A DNA stretch of 58,370 nt from an uncultured Rhizobiaceae bacterium (lineage in GTDB: Bacteria > Pseudomonadota > Alphaproteobacteria > Rhizobiales > Aestuariivirgaceae): positions 1-58,370 of the forward strand of contig CAZNLW010000002.1 of assembly GCA_964574205.1 (NCBI GenBank), given 5' to 3'. Every line of letters starts with the position of its first letter. Position 1 is the first letter of the stretch. Of this stretch, positions 10,266 to 21,331 are shown piece after piece. The position numbers were made by a program, and so were the translations under genes. A model generated the notes under the pieces. The model had not been told where the DNA came from and did not search any database. It was given only the letters and a program-made list of their open reading frames with translations.

Positions 10266-10360
10266 CCTCATTGGGGTGCCCGAAGGAAAGGGCTGAGAGG
10301 CGGGTTCCTCCCGCCAACCCATGGAACCTGATCCGGGTCATGCCGGCGTAGGGAATGAGG
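10266..10360 (+). ncRNA. TPP (THI-box) riboswitch
   Basis: GGGGTGCC...GGCTGAGA...ACCC...GAACCTGATCCGGGTCATGCCGGCGTAGGGAA, with P1 CCTCATT/AATGAGG, directly upstream of thi genes. Confidence 0.95.
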
Positions 10361-10449
10361 GCGAATGATGGATCTGCCGAAATCCTCTTCTGCCACCATC
10401 TGCCGCCTTCCGTCCGCGCATGATCCGCGCGTGCGCGGGTGAGACAGGG

Positions 10450-11166
10450 GTGAGCGGCAATCCACTTCCATATCTGGCCGAGCTGAGGCAGACGCGCCCG
10501 CGCGTGCACGTGATCATCGGCGCGGTCACGGCGCCGTTCGTGGTCGACGTGCTCGCCGCCATCGGCGCGCAGCCAACGGTGACGCACGAAGAGGACCAGG
10601 CGGCGGAATTCACGGCCAGTGCCGATTCCCTGTTCGTCAGTCTTGCTCAGCTTGACGAGCCGCGCAAGCAGGGGGCGCGGGCGGCCGTTGCGGCGGCGAG
10701 AGAACGATCGATTCCCTGGCTTCTCGATCCCGCCATGGTTCACAGAAGCAAGGCCCGTCAGGCCTTCGCGCAGGTGCTTCTCGCCCAGTCTCCCGCTGTC
10801 GTCAGGCTCAATCCCGATGAAGTGAGGGCCCTGAACGGGGGAAACGGGGACCCGGCCGCCCTCGCGCTCGGAACAGGCAGCGTGGTCTTCGCCACGGGCG
10901 CCCGCCCCTGCCTGACCAATGGCGGGATCACGATACCGTTGCCGGGTCTGCCCCAGCTTGCCGGACAGGTGGGATATGGCTGCGCCCTGAGCGCCCTCAT
11001 TGCCGCCTTTCTCGCCCGATGCACCCCGCATGCAGCCATCGAACGGGCCTACACGGCCTTCGCCCAGGCCGCCGGGCAGGCGAAGGCGGCAGGGACCGGC
11101 CCGGCGTCCCTGCGCACGGCCTTCGTGGATGCGCTCTGGAAACTGGGGGAGGAAACGCCGCCATGA
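10450..11166 (+). CDS. thiM: Hydroxyethylthiazole kinase-like protein (divergent; start GTG 10450 or ATG 10420)
   Basis: ThiM-like layout (PWLLDP, RLNPDEV, GYGCALSALIAAF); first gene after the TPP riboswitch. Confidence 0.75.
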   Translation: MSGNPLPYLAELRQTRPRVHVIIGAVTAPFVVDVLAAIGAQPTVTHEEDQAAEFTASADSLFVSLAQLDEPRKQGARAAVAAARERSIPWLLDPAMVHRSKARQAFAQVLLAQSPAVVRLNPDEVRALNGGNGDPAALALGTGSVVFATGARPCLTNGGITIPLPGLPQLAGQVGYGCALSALIAAFLARCTPHAAIERAYTAFAQAAGQAKAAGTGPASLRTAFVDALWKLGEETPP

Positions 11167-11867
11167 CGGCAGTGTCGAACGGACTGGATGTCCGCCTCTA
11201 CGTGATTCTCGATCCGGCCGCCTGTGCGCACCGCGATCCCCTGAACGTGGCCCGTGCGGCCGTGCGTGGCGGCGCCACCCTCCTGCAGCTGCGCGACAAG
11301 CGCGGCCCTGTCGCCCGCACCCTCGCCCTGGCTCGCGACCTGCTCGCCCTGCTGCGCAGGGAGGCCCCGCACGTGCCCCTCGTCATCAACGACCGGGCGG
11401 ACATCGCTCTGGCTGCGGGCGCCCACGGCCTGCACGTGGGACAGGAGGACATGCCGGCTGCGGAGGCCCGCCGCCTGCTGGGCGGCGACGCCATCCTCGG
11501 CCTCTCGCTCAAGACCTTCGGGGAGATCGAGGCCGCCCCCCTGGCCGACCTGTCCTATGCGGCCATTGGCAACGTCTGGCCCACCACCAGCAAGGAACAA
11601 CCCGCCCCGGCCATCGGGCCGGCAGGTCTGGCCCAGCGCGTGCAGACCCTGCGCGCCCTGCGGCCTGATCTGCCCATCGTGGCCATTTCCGGCGTCACCG
11701 TGCAGAACGCCCCCGCTGCCATGGCCGCCGGGGCCGATGGCGTGGCCGTCATCTCGGCCGTCTGTGCCGCCGAGGATCCCGAGGCCGCTGCCCGCGCCCT
11801 GCGTGCCGCCGTGGATGCGGCACCTGGCTCTTCGCATGTGCCAGCCACCGGAGAGGCCCGCCCATGA
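11163..11867 (+). CDS. thiE: Thiamine-phosphate synthase
   Basis: LYVILD, QLRDK, INDRAD, GLHVGQED, PTTSK, GVAVISA; ATG overlaps the thiM stop. Confidence 0.95.
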   Translation: MTAVSNGLDVRLYVILDPAACAHRDPLNVARAAVRGGATLLQLRDKRGPVARTLALARDLLALLRREAPHVPLVINDRADIALAAGAHGLHVGQEDMPAAEARRLLGGDAILGLSLKTFGEIEAAPLADLSYAAIGNVWPTTSKEQPAPAIGPAGLAQRVQTLRALRPDLPIVAISGVTVQNAPAAMAAGADGVAVISAVCAAEDPEAAARALRAAVDAAPGSSHVPATGEARP

Positions 11868-12766
11868 GCACGCCAGTCACGGAAAATGCGGACACGCCGC
11901 CCGTCCTGCCCGTGGTCATGGCCATCGGTGGCACGGATCCCACGGGTCGCGCCGGCCTGGCGGCAGACATCCGTGCCGGCGAGGCTGCCGGCGTGCACAT
12001 CGCACCGGTAATCGCCACGCTCACCGTGCAGAACGCCCGCGGGCTCTATGACCTCAAGCCCGCCGGCCCCCTTTTCATTCGCCGCCAGATGATCGCCGTC
12101 ATCGAGGACCTGCCCGTGCGCGCCATCAAGACCGGCATGCTGGCCGATGCCGCCACCCTGGAGGCCGTGGTCACGGCGCTGGAACAGATCGCCCGCCCGT
12201 TGCCGCTGGTGGTGGACCCTGTGCTGCGCGCCACCCCCGGCGGCCGTGCCGTGCGCGCTGCCTCCTCCACCTTCCGCCGCCAACTGCGGCGGTTGTGCGC
12301 CCATGGCTGCCTGCTCACGCCCAACCTGCCGGAGGCCGCCGCCCTGCTCGGCGAGCTGCCTGCCACCAACGAGCGCCAGATGCGCGCGCAGGCCCGCGCC
12401 CTGCGCCACCGCTACGGCTGCCCCGTGCTGCTGAAGGGGGGGCACCTTCCCGGCACCCGACCGATCATGGACGTGCTGGTCATGGAAACGGACGAACAGG
12501 TCTTTCTGAGCCCCCGCCAGCCCGAGCCGGCGCCCCGCGCCACCGGCTGCACGCTTGCCACCCTCGTCGCCGCCCACCTTGCCCACGGCAAGGGGCTGCG
12601 CGATGCCGTGCAGGCCGCCCGCCGACACCTGCATGCGGCTTTGGCCGCGCCCCCGGTTCTGGGAGGGGCCGGGCCCGATCCCGTGCGCCTGCAGCCGGCC
12701 GGTGCCGGCCCCGGGGCAGAAATGACGCCCCCCCACACCACGACAGCAGATGGAGAGAGAAAATGA
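11864..12766 (+). CDS. thiD: Hydroxymethylpyrimidine/phosphomethylpyrimidine kinase
   Basis: GTDPTGRAGLAAD, TVQN, IKTGML, VDPV, TPNLPEA, LKGGH, TGCT. Confidence 0.9.
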   Translation: MSTPVTENADTPPVLPVVMAIGGTDPTGRAGLAADIRAGEAAGVHIAPVIATLTVQNARGLYDLKPAGPLFIRRQMIAVIEDLPVRAIKTGMLADAATLEAVVTALEQIARPLPLVVDPVLRATPGGRAVRAASSTFRRQLRRLCAHGCLLTPNLPEAAALLGELPATNERQMRAQARALRHRYGCPVLLKGGHLPGTRPIMDVLVMETDEQVFLSPRQPEPAPRATGCTLATLVAAHLAHGKGLRDAVQAARRHLHAALAAPPVLGGAGPDPVRLQPAGAGPGAEMTPPHTTTADGERK

Positions 12767-13926
12767 CCGACAGGGACACCCGCAACAGCCATGCCATGCC
12801 TGCCGCCCTTTCGGGAAGCGGCACGGCCGCGGATGGCCACCACCCCCTCTCCCGCCGCCGGCTCGTCGCCGCCGCGGCGATGGTCCCCGTGGCCTCGGCC
12901 ACTGCCCTGGCCGCGCCGGCCGTGCAGACAGCGCCGAAGGTGCAGCTGCGCATGGTCACCTCCTGGCCGAAGAACATGCCGGGCCCGGGACAGGCCGCCG
13001 AGCGCCTGGCGTCAGAGGCGAAGCGCCTCGCCGGTGGCCGGCTGGAAATCCGTGTGCATGCCGCCGGTGAACTGGTGGCGCCGCTGGCCGTCTTCGATGC
13101 CGTGCAGAACGGCACGGCCGAACTGGCCCACACGGCCTCGCTCTTCTGGGCCGGCAAGATGCCCGCCGCGCCCCTGTTCACGGCCGGCCCTTTCGGCCTT
13201 CTGCCTCACGAACACCGCGCCTGGCTGGAACAGGGGGGCGGCCAGGTCCTGTGGGAGCGCCTCTATGCCGATTTCGGCATCAAGCCCCTGCTCGTGGGCA
13301 ACACCGGCCCTTCCATGGGCGGCTGGTTCCGCCGCCCCGTGAAGTCGCTGGCCGACCTGAAGGGGCTGAAGATGCGCATGCCCGGCCTGGGGGGGCGCAT
13401 CCTGGAGCGGCTGGGCGGCACGCCGGTGACCATGGCCCCGGGCGACATCCTGCCCGCCCTGCAGGCCGGCACCATCGATGCCACGGAGTTCCTGGGCCCC
13501 TTTTCGGACATGGCCATGGGCTTTTACAAGGTGGCGAAGGTCTATCACTATCCCGCCTTCCACGAGCCCAACGGCGCCGGCGAGCTGCTGGTGGCCAGCC
13601 GCGTCTGGCAGAAGCTGGACGACGAGCTGAAAGCCGTCCTCACCACCCTGTGCGCGGCCGAGGCGGCCCGAACCCTCGCCGAGCACGACTGGCGCAACGC
13701 TGCCGCCCTGAAACGCCTGAAGACGAGGCATGGCGTGCGCGTGCTGCCCTGGCCGGCCGAGGTGCTGGCCGCCGCCCGCCGCGCCAGCCGCGAGGTCTAT
13801 GCGGACCTTGCCGCCCATGATGCCGAGACGCGCGCCATCGTGGAGAGCTTCCTTTCCGCGCGCGATCACCTGGACATCTGGGCCGCCCCTTCGCGCCATG
13901 CCTTTCTCGGGGCCCGCCTGGCCTGA
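12763..13926 (+). CDS. TRAP transporter solute-binding protein (DctP/TakP-like) with Tat signal; orphan inside the thi operon
   Basis: LSRRRLV Tat motif, MVTSWPKNMPG, GNTGPSMGGWF, KMRMPGLGG, IDATEFLGP. Confidence 0.9.
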   Translation: MTDRDTRNSHAMPAALSGSGTAADGHHPLSRRRLVAAAAMVPVASATALAAPAVQTAPKVQLRMVTSWPKNMPGPGQAAERLASEAKRLAGGRLEIRVHAAGELVAPLAVFDAVQNGTAELAHTASLFWAGKMPAAPLFTAGPFGLLPHEHRAWLEQGGGQVLWERLYADFGIKPLLVGNTGPSMGGWFRRPVKSLADLKGLKMRMPGLGGRILERLGGTPVTMAPGDILPALQAGTIDATEFLGPFSDMAMGFYKVAKVYHYPAFHEPNGAGELLVASRVWQKLDDELKAVLTTLCAAEAARTLAEHDWRNAAALKRLKTRHGVRVLPWPAEVLAAARRASREVYADLAAHDAETRAIVESFLSARDHLDIWAAPSRHAFLGARLA

Positions 13927-15831
<1,905 letters not shown>

Positions 15832-15952
15832 ACCATTCGGCAGGCAGGCCCGGAACGTTACCCTCGCACCACCTCGTGGCTGCGGAGACACGCGTGAAGG
15901 GCGCGATCCCGGCCACACATCTCCTCGGGACCGGCCATTCGCCGGGAGCAGC

Positions 15953-16066
15953 AAATGACATCCTGCCGGCACCCATCTCCGGCGCCGGCAGGACGCATTG
16001 TTTTTTCTGAAGAAAAGGATTTCCAGCCTGCTCAGCAGGCTGGAAAGCTTTTCTTCACGTTCGACT
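15953..16066 (+). repeat. Multi-hairpin repeat family copy C: H2 + H3 + right end
   Basis: TCCTGCCGGC...GCCGGCAGGACGCATTGTTTTTTCTGAAGAAAAGGATTTCCAGCCTGCTCAGCAGGCTGGAAAGCTTTTCTTCACGTTCGACT, near-identical to 28551-28630. Confidence 0.9.
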
Positions 16067-16110
16067 GAAAGGGGCGAGGCTCTGGCCACAGTCCCTCGGG
16101 GCCGGCTCTG

Positions 16111-17631
16111 TCACCGCCGCATCAGGCCACCGAGGATGCCGCGGATGAGCGCCCGGCCCAGCTGGGTGCCGATGGAACCGGCCATGGACTTGATGAACCG
16201 TTCCGTGGCCGTCATGCGCCGGGAGGAGGCCCGGGAAGCCCGTGCCGCCTCACGGGCAGCCTGCTCCTCGGCCTTGCGGCGCGCCTCCGCCTCACGGGCG
16301 CGGGCCTCGGCCTCCGCCTTCTCCTCGGCACGCTTCCTGAGCGTTTCGTAGGCCGAGATCCTGTCCTCCGGCTCGTCATACAGGCCGAAGACGGGCGAAT
16401 GGCGGATCACCCGCTGACGTTCCTCCGCCGTGATCGGTCCCATGCGCGAGGAGGGCGGGCGGATGAGCGTGCGCTGCACCATGCCGGGCACGCCCTTCTT
16501 CTCCAGCGTGGAAACCAGCGCCTCGCCCACCCCCAGCTGGGTGATCACCGCCTCGGTATCGAATCGCGGGTTCTGGCGGAAGGTCTCGGCCGCCGCCTTC
16601 ACCGCCTTCTGCTCTCTCGGCGTATAGGCGCGCAGGGCGTGCTGGATGCGGTTGCCCAGCTGCGCCAGCACCGATTCCGGCACGTCCATGGGATTCTGGG
16701 TGACGAAATAGACGCCCACGCCCTTGGAGCGGATGAGTTTCACGACCTGTTCGATCTTGTCCACCAGCGCCTTCGGCGCCTCCTCGAACAGCAGGTGCGC
16801 CTCGTCGAAGAAGAAGACCAGTTTCGGCTTGTCGGGATCGCCCACTTCCGGCAGTTCCTCGAACAGCTCCGAGAGCAGCCACAGCAGGAAGGTGGCATAG
16901 AGCTGCGGCGATTGCATCAACCGATCGGCTGCCAGGATGTTGATGTAGCCACGCCCGTCGCGCGTGGTGCGCATGAAGTCGCGAATGTCCAGTGCCGGTT
17001 CGCCGAAGAAGAGCTCTGCCCCCTGCTCTTCCAGCACCAGCAGGCGACGCTGGATGGCACCGATGGTGCGCCTGTCGATATTGCCGTATTCCGTGGTCAG
17101 GGCCTTGCCACGATCGGCCAGATCCTTCAGCAGGGCGCGCAGGTCCTTGAGGTCGAGCAGCAGGAGGCCCTCTTCGTCGGCGATTCGGAAGGCGATGTTG
17201 AGCGCCCCCTCCTGCGCTTCCGTGAGGTTCATCAGCCGCGCCAGCATCAGCGGGCCCATGTCGGAGATGGTGGTGCGCACCGGGTGCCCCTGCTCGCCGA
17301 AGAGATCCCAGAAGATCACGGGAAAGTCGCGGAAATCATAGTCGTCGAATCCGATCTTGCGCGCCCGCTCGAGCAGGAAGTCCTTCGGCTCGCCTGCCTG
17401 CGACAGGCCCGCGAGATCGCCTTTCACGTCCGCCGCGAAGACAGGCACGCCGGCATCGGAGAATCCTTCGGCCAGGATCTGCAGGCTCACCGTCTTGCCC
17501 GTGCCGGTGGCCCCCGTGATCAGCCCGTGACGATTGGCATAGGGCAGGTTGAGCCACTGTTTGAGGGGATGGCCCTCCTCGTCGAAGGCGGAACCGATGA
17601 ACACCCGGTCCATGCGGGAATCGTCACGCAT
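16111..17631 (-). CDS. DUF853/YjgR family HerA-like P-loop ATPase
   Basis: [44 protein letters not shown]; GGGGAGG RBS. Confidence 0.92.
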   Translation of the reverse strand: MRDDSRMDRVFIGSAFDEEGHPLKQWLNLPYANRHGLITGATGTGKTVSLQILAEGFSDAGVPVFAADVKGDLAGLSQAGEPKDFLLERARKIGFDDYDFRDFPVIFWDLFGEQGHPVRTTISDMGPLMLARLMNLTEAQEGALNIAFRIADEEGLLLLDLKDLRALLKDLADRGKALTTEYGNIDRRTIGAIQRRLLVLEEQGAELFFGEPALDIRDFMRTTRDGRGYINILAADRLMQSPQLYATFLLWLLSELFEELPEVGDPDKPKLVFFFDEAHLLFEEAPKALVDKIEQVVKLIRSKGVGVYFVTQNPMDVPESVLAQLGNRIQHALRAYTPREQKAVKAAAETFRQNPRFDTEAVITQLGVGEALVSTLEKKGVPGMVQRTLIRPPSSRMGPITAEERQRVIRHSPVFGLYDEPEDRISAYETLRKRAEEKAEAEARAREAEARRKAEEQAAREAARASRASSRRMTATERFIKSMAGSIGTQLGRALIRGILGGLMRR

Positions 17632-17785
17632 GCGCACACCTCCCCCGGTCATGAAACGGCAACAGACGATCGGAACGAGAGACAATGGCAAGCATCGCCG
17701 CGGTCATGCCGCGAATGACCGCCGCCATCGCATGCAATGTGCCGCGCCCCCGAAGCGCTGACAAGAGAAAACCGCACCCCGATCC

Positions 17786-19258
17786 TCAATCCAGCAGCTG
17801 GCGCGGCAGCCACAGGGCGATGTCGGGAAAGGCCATCACCAGCAGCAGCCCGACGAGCTGCAGGATCACGAAGGGAATGATGCCGGCATAGATCTGCTGG
17901 ATCTTGATGGATTTCGGCGCCACCGCCTTCATGTAGAACAGGGCGAAGCCAAAGGGCGGGGTAAGGAACGAGGTCTGCAGGTTCACCGCCAGCAGGATGG
18001 CGAACCAGTAGACGATCTCTTCCTTCGGCAAGTGGTTGCCGAAATCCATCAGCGCGATGATGGGCGAGAACACCGGCAGCACGATGAGGGTGATCTCGAT
18101 CCAGTCGAAGAAGAACCCCAGGAAGAAGACGATCCCCATCAGCAGGAACAACAGTCCCCAGGAGCCCAGCCCCGTGGATTCCACCAGCCGCACCACGATG
18201 TCGTCTCCCCCCAGCGAGCGGAAGACGAAGGAGAACAGCGTGGCGCCGATGAAGATGCCGAAGAGCATGGCATTGGTCAGGGCCGTGCGATGCACCACAT
18301 CCGCCAGCACCCGGCCGAAGCCGCGCACGCGCGCACCGAAGGTCTCGCCCTCCAGCCGATCGCCCATGTTCACCGCCTCGGTGCCGGCGAAGTCGATCGC
18401 CTGCACGCCCAGACTCGGTAACACCACCAGGTTGACGAAGGCCAGCACCAGAGCGCCCATGGCGCCCACACCCGCAGCCTCCGTCGGCGTGGCCAGACCC
18501 GCGAGGATGGATCCCAGCACCAGCGCGATCAGGATCACCGGCGGCAGAAAGGAGCGGATCACCATCTTCAGGACAGGGCCAGGACCGCGTGGTCCCATGT
18601 CGGCCGGCAGAGGCGGGGCCAGCTGCGGCTTCGTCCACGTGCGCAGGATGATGTAGAGCACGTAGAGTCCGGAGAGGATGAGCCCCGGGAACACCGCCGC
18701 CACGAACAGGTTGCCCACCGAGCGGCCGAGCAGGTCGGCCATGATCACCAGCATGATGGAGGGCGGAATGAGGATGCCCAGCGTGCCGGAGGCGGCGATG
18801 GTGCCCGTGGCCAGGCGCGGATCGTATCCACGCGCCGTCATCACCGGCAGGGCCAGCAGGCTCATCATCACCACCGAGGCGCCGATGATGCCGGTGGTGG
18901 CGGCCAGGATCGTGCCCATCAGCGTCACCGCCAATGCCAGGCCGCCGGGCACACGGCGCAGCAGCACCTGCAGGCAGTTGAGGAGATCGCGGGCGGCCCC
19001 GGACCGTTCCAGCATGGTGCCCATGAAGATGAACATGGGAATGGCGGTCAGGATCAGGTTCTCGGCAATGGCGCCATAGATGCGGGAGGGAATGGCGCCG
19101 AACTGCGGCCAGTCGAAGAGGAAGGGATCGATCCACATGGCCAGGAAGGCGAAGGCCAGCCCCACCCCGCCCAGCGTGAAGGCCACCGGAAAGCCCGAGA
19201 ACAGGAAGATCCCGAGCGCCACGAACATGAGCAGCGGAAGCAGTTCCTCGACGGGCAT
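17786..19258 (-). CDS. dctM: TRAP transporter large permease
   Basis: GFPVAFTL, AIPMFIFMG, GTLGILIPPS, TPTEAA, QTSFLTPPFG. Confidence 0.95.
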   Translation of the reverse strand: MPVEELLPLLMFVALGIFLFSGFPVAFTLGGVGLAFAFLAMWIDPFLFDWPQFGAIPSRIYGAIAENLILTAIPMFIFMGTMLERSGAARDLLNCLQVLLRRVPGGLALAVTLMGTILAATTGIIGASVVMMSLLALPVMTARGYDPRLATGTIAASGTLGILIPPSIMLVIMADLLGRSVGNLFVAAVFPGLILSGLYVLYIILRTWTKPQLAPPLPADMGPRGPGPVLKMVIRSFLPPVILIALVLGSILAGLATPTEAAGVGAMGALVLAFVNLVVLPSLGVQAIDFAGTEAVNMGDRLEGETFGARVRGFGRVLADVVHRTALTNAMLFGIFIGATLFSFVFRSLGGDDIVVRLVESTGLGSWGLLFLLMGIVFFLGFFFDWIEITLIVLPVFSPIIALMDFGNHLPKEEIVYWFAILLAVNLQTSFLTPPFGFALFYMKAVAPKSIKIQQIYAGIIPFVILQLVGLLLVMAFPDIALWLPRQLLD

Positions 19259-19821
19259 CAGAGATCCCCTCCCAGCGTCTCGGCCACCTTCTCCGGTGGC
19301 AGTCGGCCCACAAGCCCGGCCACCGACTTGATGAGCTGGGAAATGCCCGCAAGCCCGATCAGGACGAACATGACAACGAGGAAGCTCTTGAGGATCCACA
19401 GGTTCGTGAGGCCGATGGTGGAGCTGGAGACCTCGTGCTCGAGGAAGGAGGCACGGGCATAGCGGAACGTGTAGACCGTGGCCACGGCCACGTAGGTGAG
19501 CAGGAAGGCGAGAATGCCGACGATCTCGATCACGTAGCGCACCCTGACGGGCAGCCGCTCGCGCACGAGATCGATGCGCACGTGCGCCTGCCGGATGTAG
19601 GCATGGCCCATGACCAGCGAGAACAGGATGGTGTGCAGCCAGTATTCGGACTCCTGCACCATGGTGGAGTTGAGGCCGAAGGGCTTGGGCACGCCGAAAT
19701 AGCGGCTGGCCACGTCGTAGCAGACCACGAGGATGAGCACCAGCCCCGCCCAGGCGCCGATGGCGGCGGCCATGGCCAGCAGCCTGTCGATGGCCGCACT
19801 CACCTTCAGCAAGGTGCGCAT
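19258..19821 (-). CDS. dctQ: TRAP transporter small permease
   Basis: Four TM segments; HVRIDLV motif; lies between dctP and dctM. Confidence 0.9.
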   Translation of the reverse strand: MRTLLKVSAAIDRLLAMAAAIGAWAGLVLILVVCYDVASRYFGVPKPFGLNSTMVQESEYWLHTILFSLVMGHAYIRQAHVRIDLVRERLPVRVRYVIEIVGILAFLLTYVAVATVYTFRYARASFLEHEVSSSTIGLTNLWILKSFLVVMFVLIGLAGISQLIKSVAGLVGRLPPEKVAETLGGDL

Positions 19822-19896
19822 GGCTCTATTCTCCCGGGCACGTGCCACCACTCCCGACAGGCTTGCGATCGAACGCGCCCATGCATGGAGGCGATG

Positions 19897-19950
19897 ACCT
19901 GCCGGCCCGGCATGGCGGCAATCGAGGCGCCATGCCGGGCCGGATTGTCA
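19897..19950. terminator. Strong intercistronic hairpin between dctP and dctQ (mRNA stabiliser or attenuator)
   Basis: CCGGCCCGGCATGGCG...CGCCATGCCGGGCCGG inverted repeat. Confidence 0.5.
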
Positions 19951-19985
19951 GGCCTGAAGGTTGCGGCTGTCGAAACATCCGGCCT

Positions 19986-21026
19986 TCAGTCGAGATAGCC
20001 GTACTCTTTCCAGACCTTGTAGTCCTCGCGGAACTTCTGCAGGGATTCCCAGGCCTTCCTGAAGTCGGCGTTCTGGGCAGCCAGCTCGGCGGCCACCTCG
20101 TTCCAGGCCTTGCGCAGGATGTCCAGGTCCTCCTTCGACCACTTGTGCAGGGTCACCCCCTTTTCCTGCAATTTCTTGATGGCGCCGAACTGGATCGCCT
20201 CGCCCTCGGCAAAGCCGATGGCCACGTTGGCCCGGCAGGCGGTCTCGAGGATCGCCTTCTGGCGATCGGACATGGCATCCCACTTCTTCTTGTTGATCAG
20301 CAACTCGAAGAGGGTGGACTGCTGATGCCAGCCGGGAAAGTAGTAATGCTTGGCGATCTGGTAGAAGCCGAGATTGAGATCGATGGCCGGCATGGAGAAC
20401 TCGGTGGCGTCGATGGTGCCCCGCTCCAGCGCCGGATAGATGTCCGCGGCCGCCAGCAGCTGCGTGTCCACGCCCAGTTTCTGCATCACCTTGGCGCCGA
20501 GGCCGAAGAAGCGCATCTTCTTGCCCTTCAGCTCGGTGATGGACTTCACCGGCGCGCGGAACCAGCCGGAGGCTTCCGGCGCGATCACGCCGCAGATGAT
20601 GGAGTGGATGCCGTGGCGGTGATAGATCTCCTGCATCATCTTCTCGCCGCCGCCATACCACATCCAGGCCAGATACTCGCCGGCGGACGGTCCGAACGGC
20701 ACCGCCGCGAACAATGCCAGCGCCGGCTCCTTGCCCTGCCAGTAGCCGGGGGTGGACCAGCCGGCATCCACGGCACCGGACTTCACCGCATCGAACACCT
20801 CCAGCGCCGGAACCAGGGCGCCCGGCTCGTAGAGCTTCACGCGGATGGACCCGCCGGAGATGGTGTTGATGGTCTGCTCCAGCCTCTTGCCCAGCGTGCC
20901 CAGCTGAACAAGCTTGGTGGGATAGGTGGACTCGATTTTCAGGCGCACGGGCGACTCGGCCGCAGCCGTCATGGCGCCGATGGCCACGGCAGCGGCCATG
21001 GCGGCAGCACCCAGGATCCTCTTCAT
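19986..21026 (-). CDS. dctP: TRAP transporter solute-binding protein
   Basis: Sec signal peptide; EPGALVP, EASGWF, KMRFFGLG, IDATEFS, YFPGWHQ. Confidence 0.93.
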   Translation of the reverse strand: MKRILGAAAMAAAVAIGAMTAAAESPVRLKIESTYPTKLVQLGTLGKRLEQTINTISGGSIRVKLYEPGALVPALEVFDAVKSGAVDAGWSTPGYWQGKEPALALFAAVPFGPSAGEYLAWMWYGGGEKMMQEIYHRHGIHSIICGVIAPEASGWFRAPVKSITELKGKKMRFFGLGAKVMQKLGVDTQLLAAADIYPALERGTIDATEFSMPAIDLNLGFYQIAKHYYFPGWHQQSTLFELLINKKKWDAMSDRQKAILETACRANVAIGFAEGEAIQFGAIKKLQEKGVTLHKWSKEDLDILRKAWNEVAAELAAQNADFRKAWESLQKFREDYKVWKEYGYLD

Positions 21027-21241
21027 CGCGTGCTCTCCTCCCTCTTCTGGCTCCAAGCAGGCAACCGGCCCGACTCTTCCATCATGTTCTTTCGGCTTGT
21101 CCGGGGCCAGGCCCGCAATCCTGAGGCATGGCACCATGCATGCTAGCCCGCCGCGCCGACATGTCGCAACGCCGCTTTTGGATACCCGGCCGCACGGGCG
21201 GGAAAATGACAGGACCGCACAATGGCGCCCGCCCCCGAAAA

Positions 21242-21283
21242 TGGGTATCAAACTTGACCACTGCTTTCAACGATTGTTAACTT
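21242..21283 (+). promoter_or_regulatory. Putative sigma70 promoter of the GntR gene overlapping a FadR-type operator-like palindrome
   Basis: TTGACC-N18-TAACTT; imperfect dyad TGGGTATCAAACTTGACCA. Confidence 0.35.
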
Positions 21284-21331
21284 TCGTCGAATGCGCTATA
21301 CCCCGCCACAACCTGGGGAGGGGGAACGACC

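Noticed and set aside
16111-17631. HerA-like ATPase as an anti-phage defence system
   Set aside because: It matches the widespread DUF853/YjgR housekeeping type and has no adjacent nuclease or SIR2 partner
21129-21144. Sigma54-like -24/-12 site TGGCACCATGCATGCT
   Set aside because: It points away from dctP, about 190 bp from the GntR gene, which has a sigma70-like promoter; no activator nearby; may be chance
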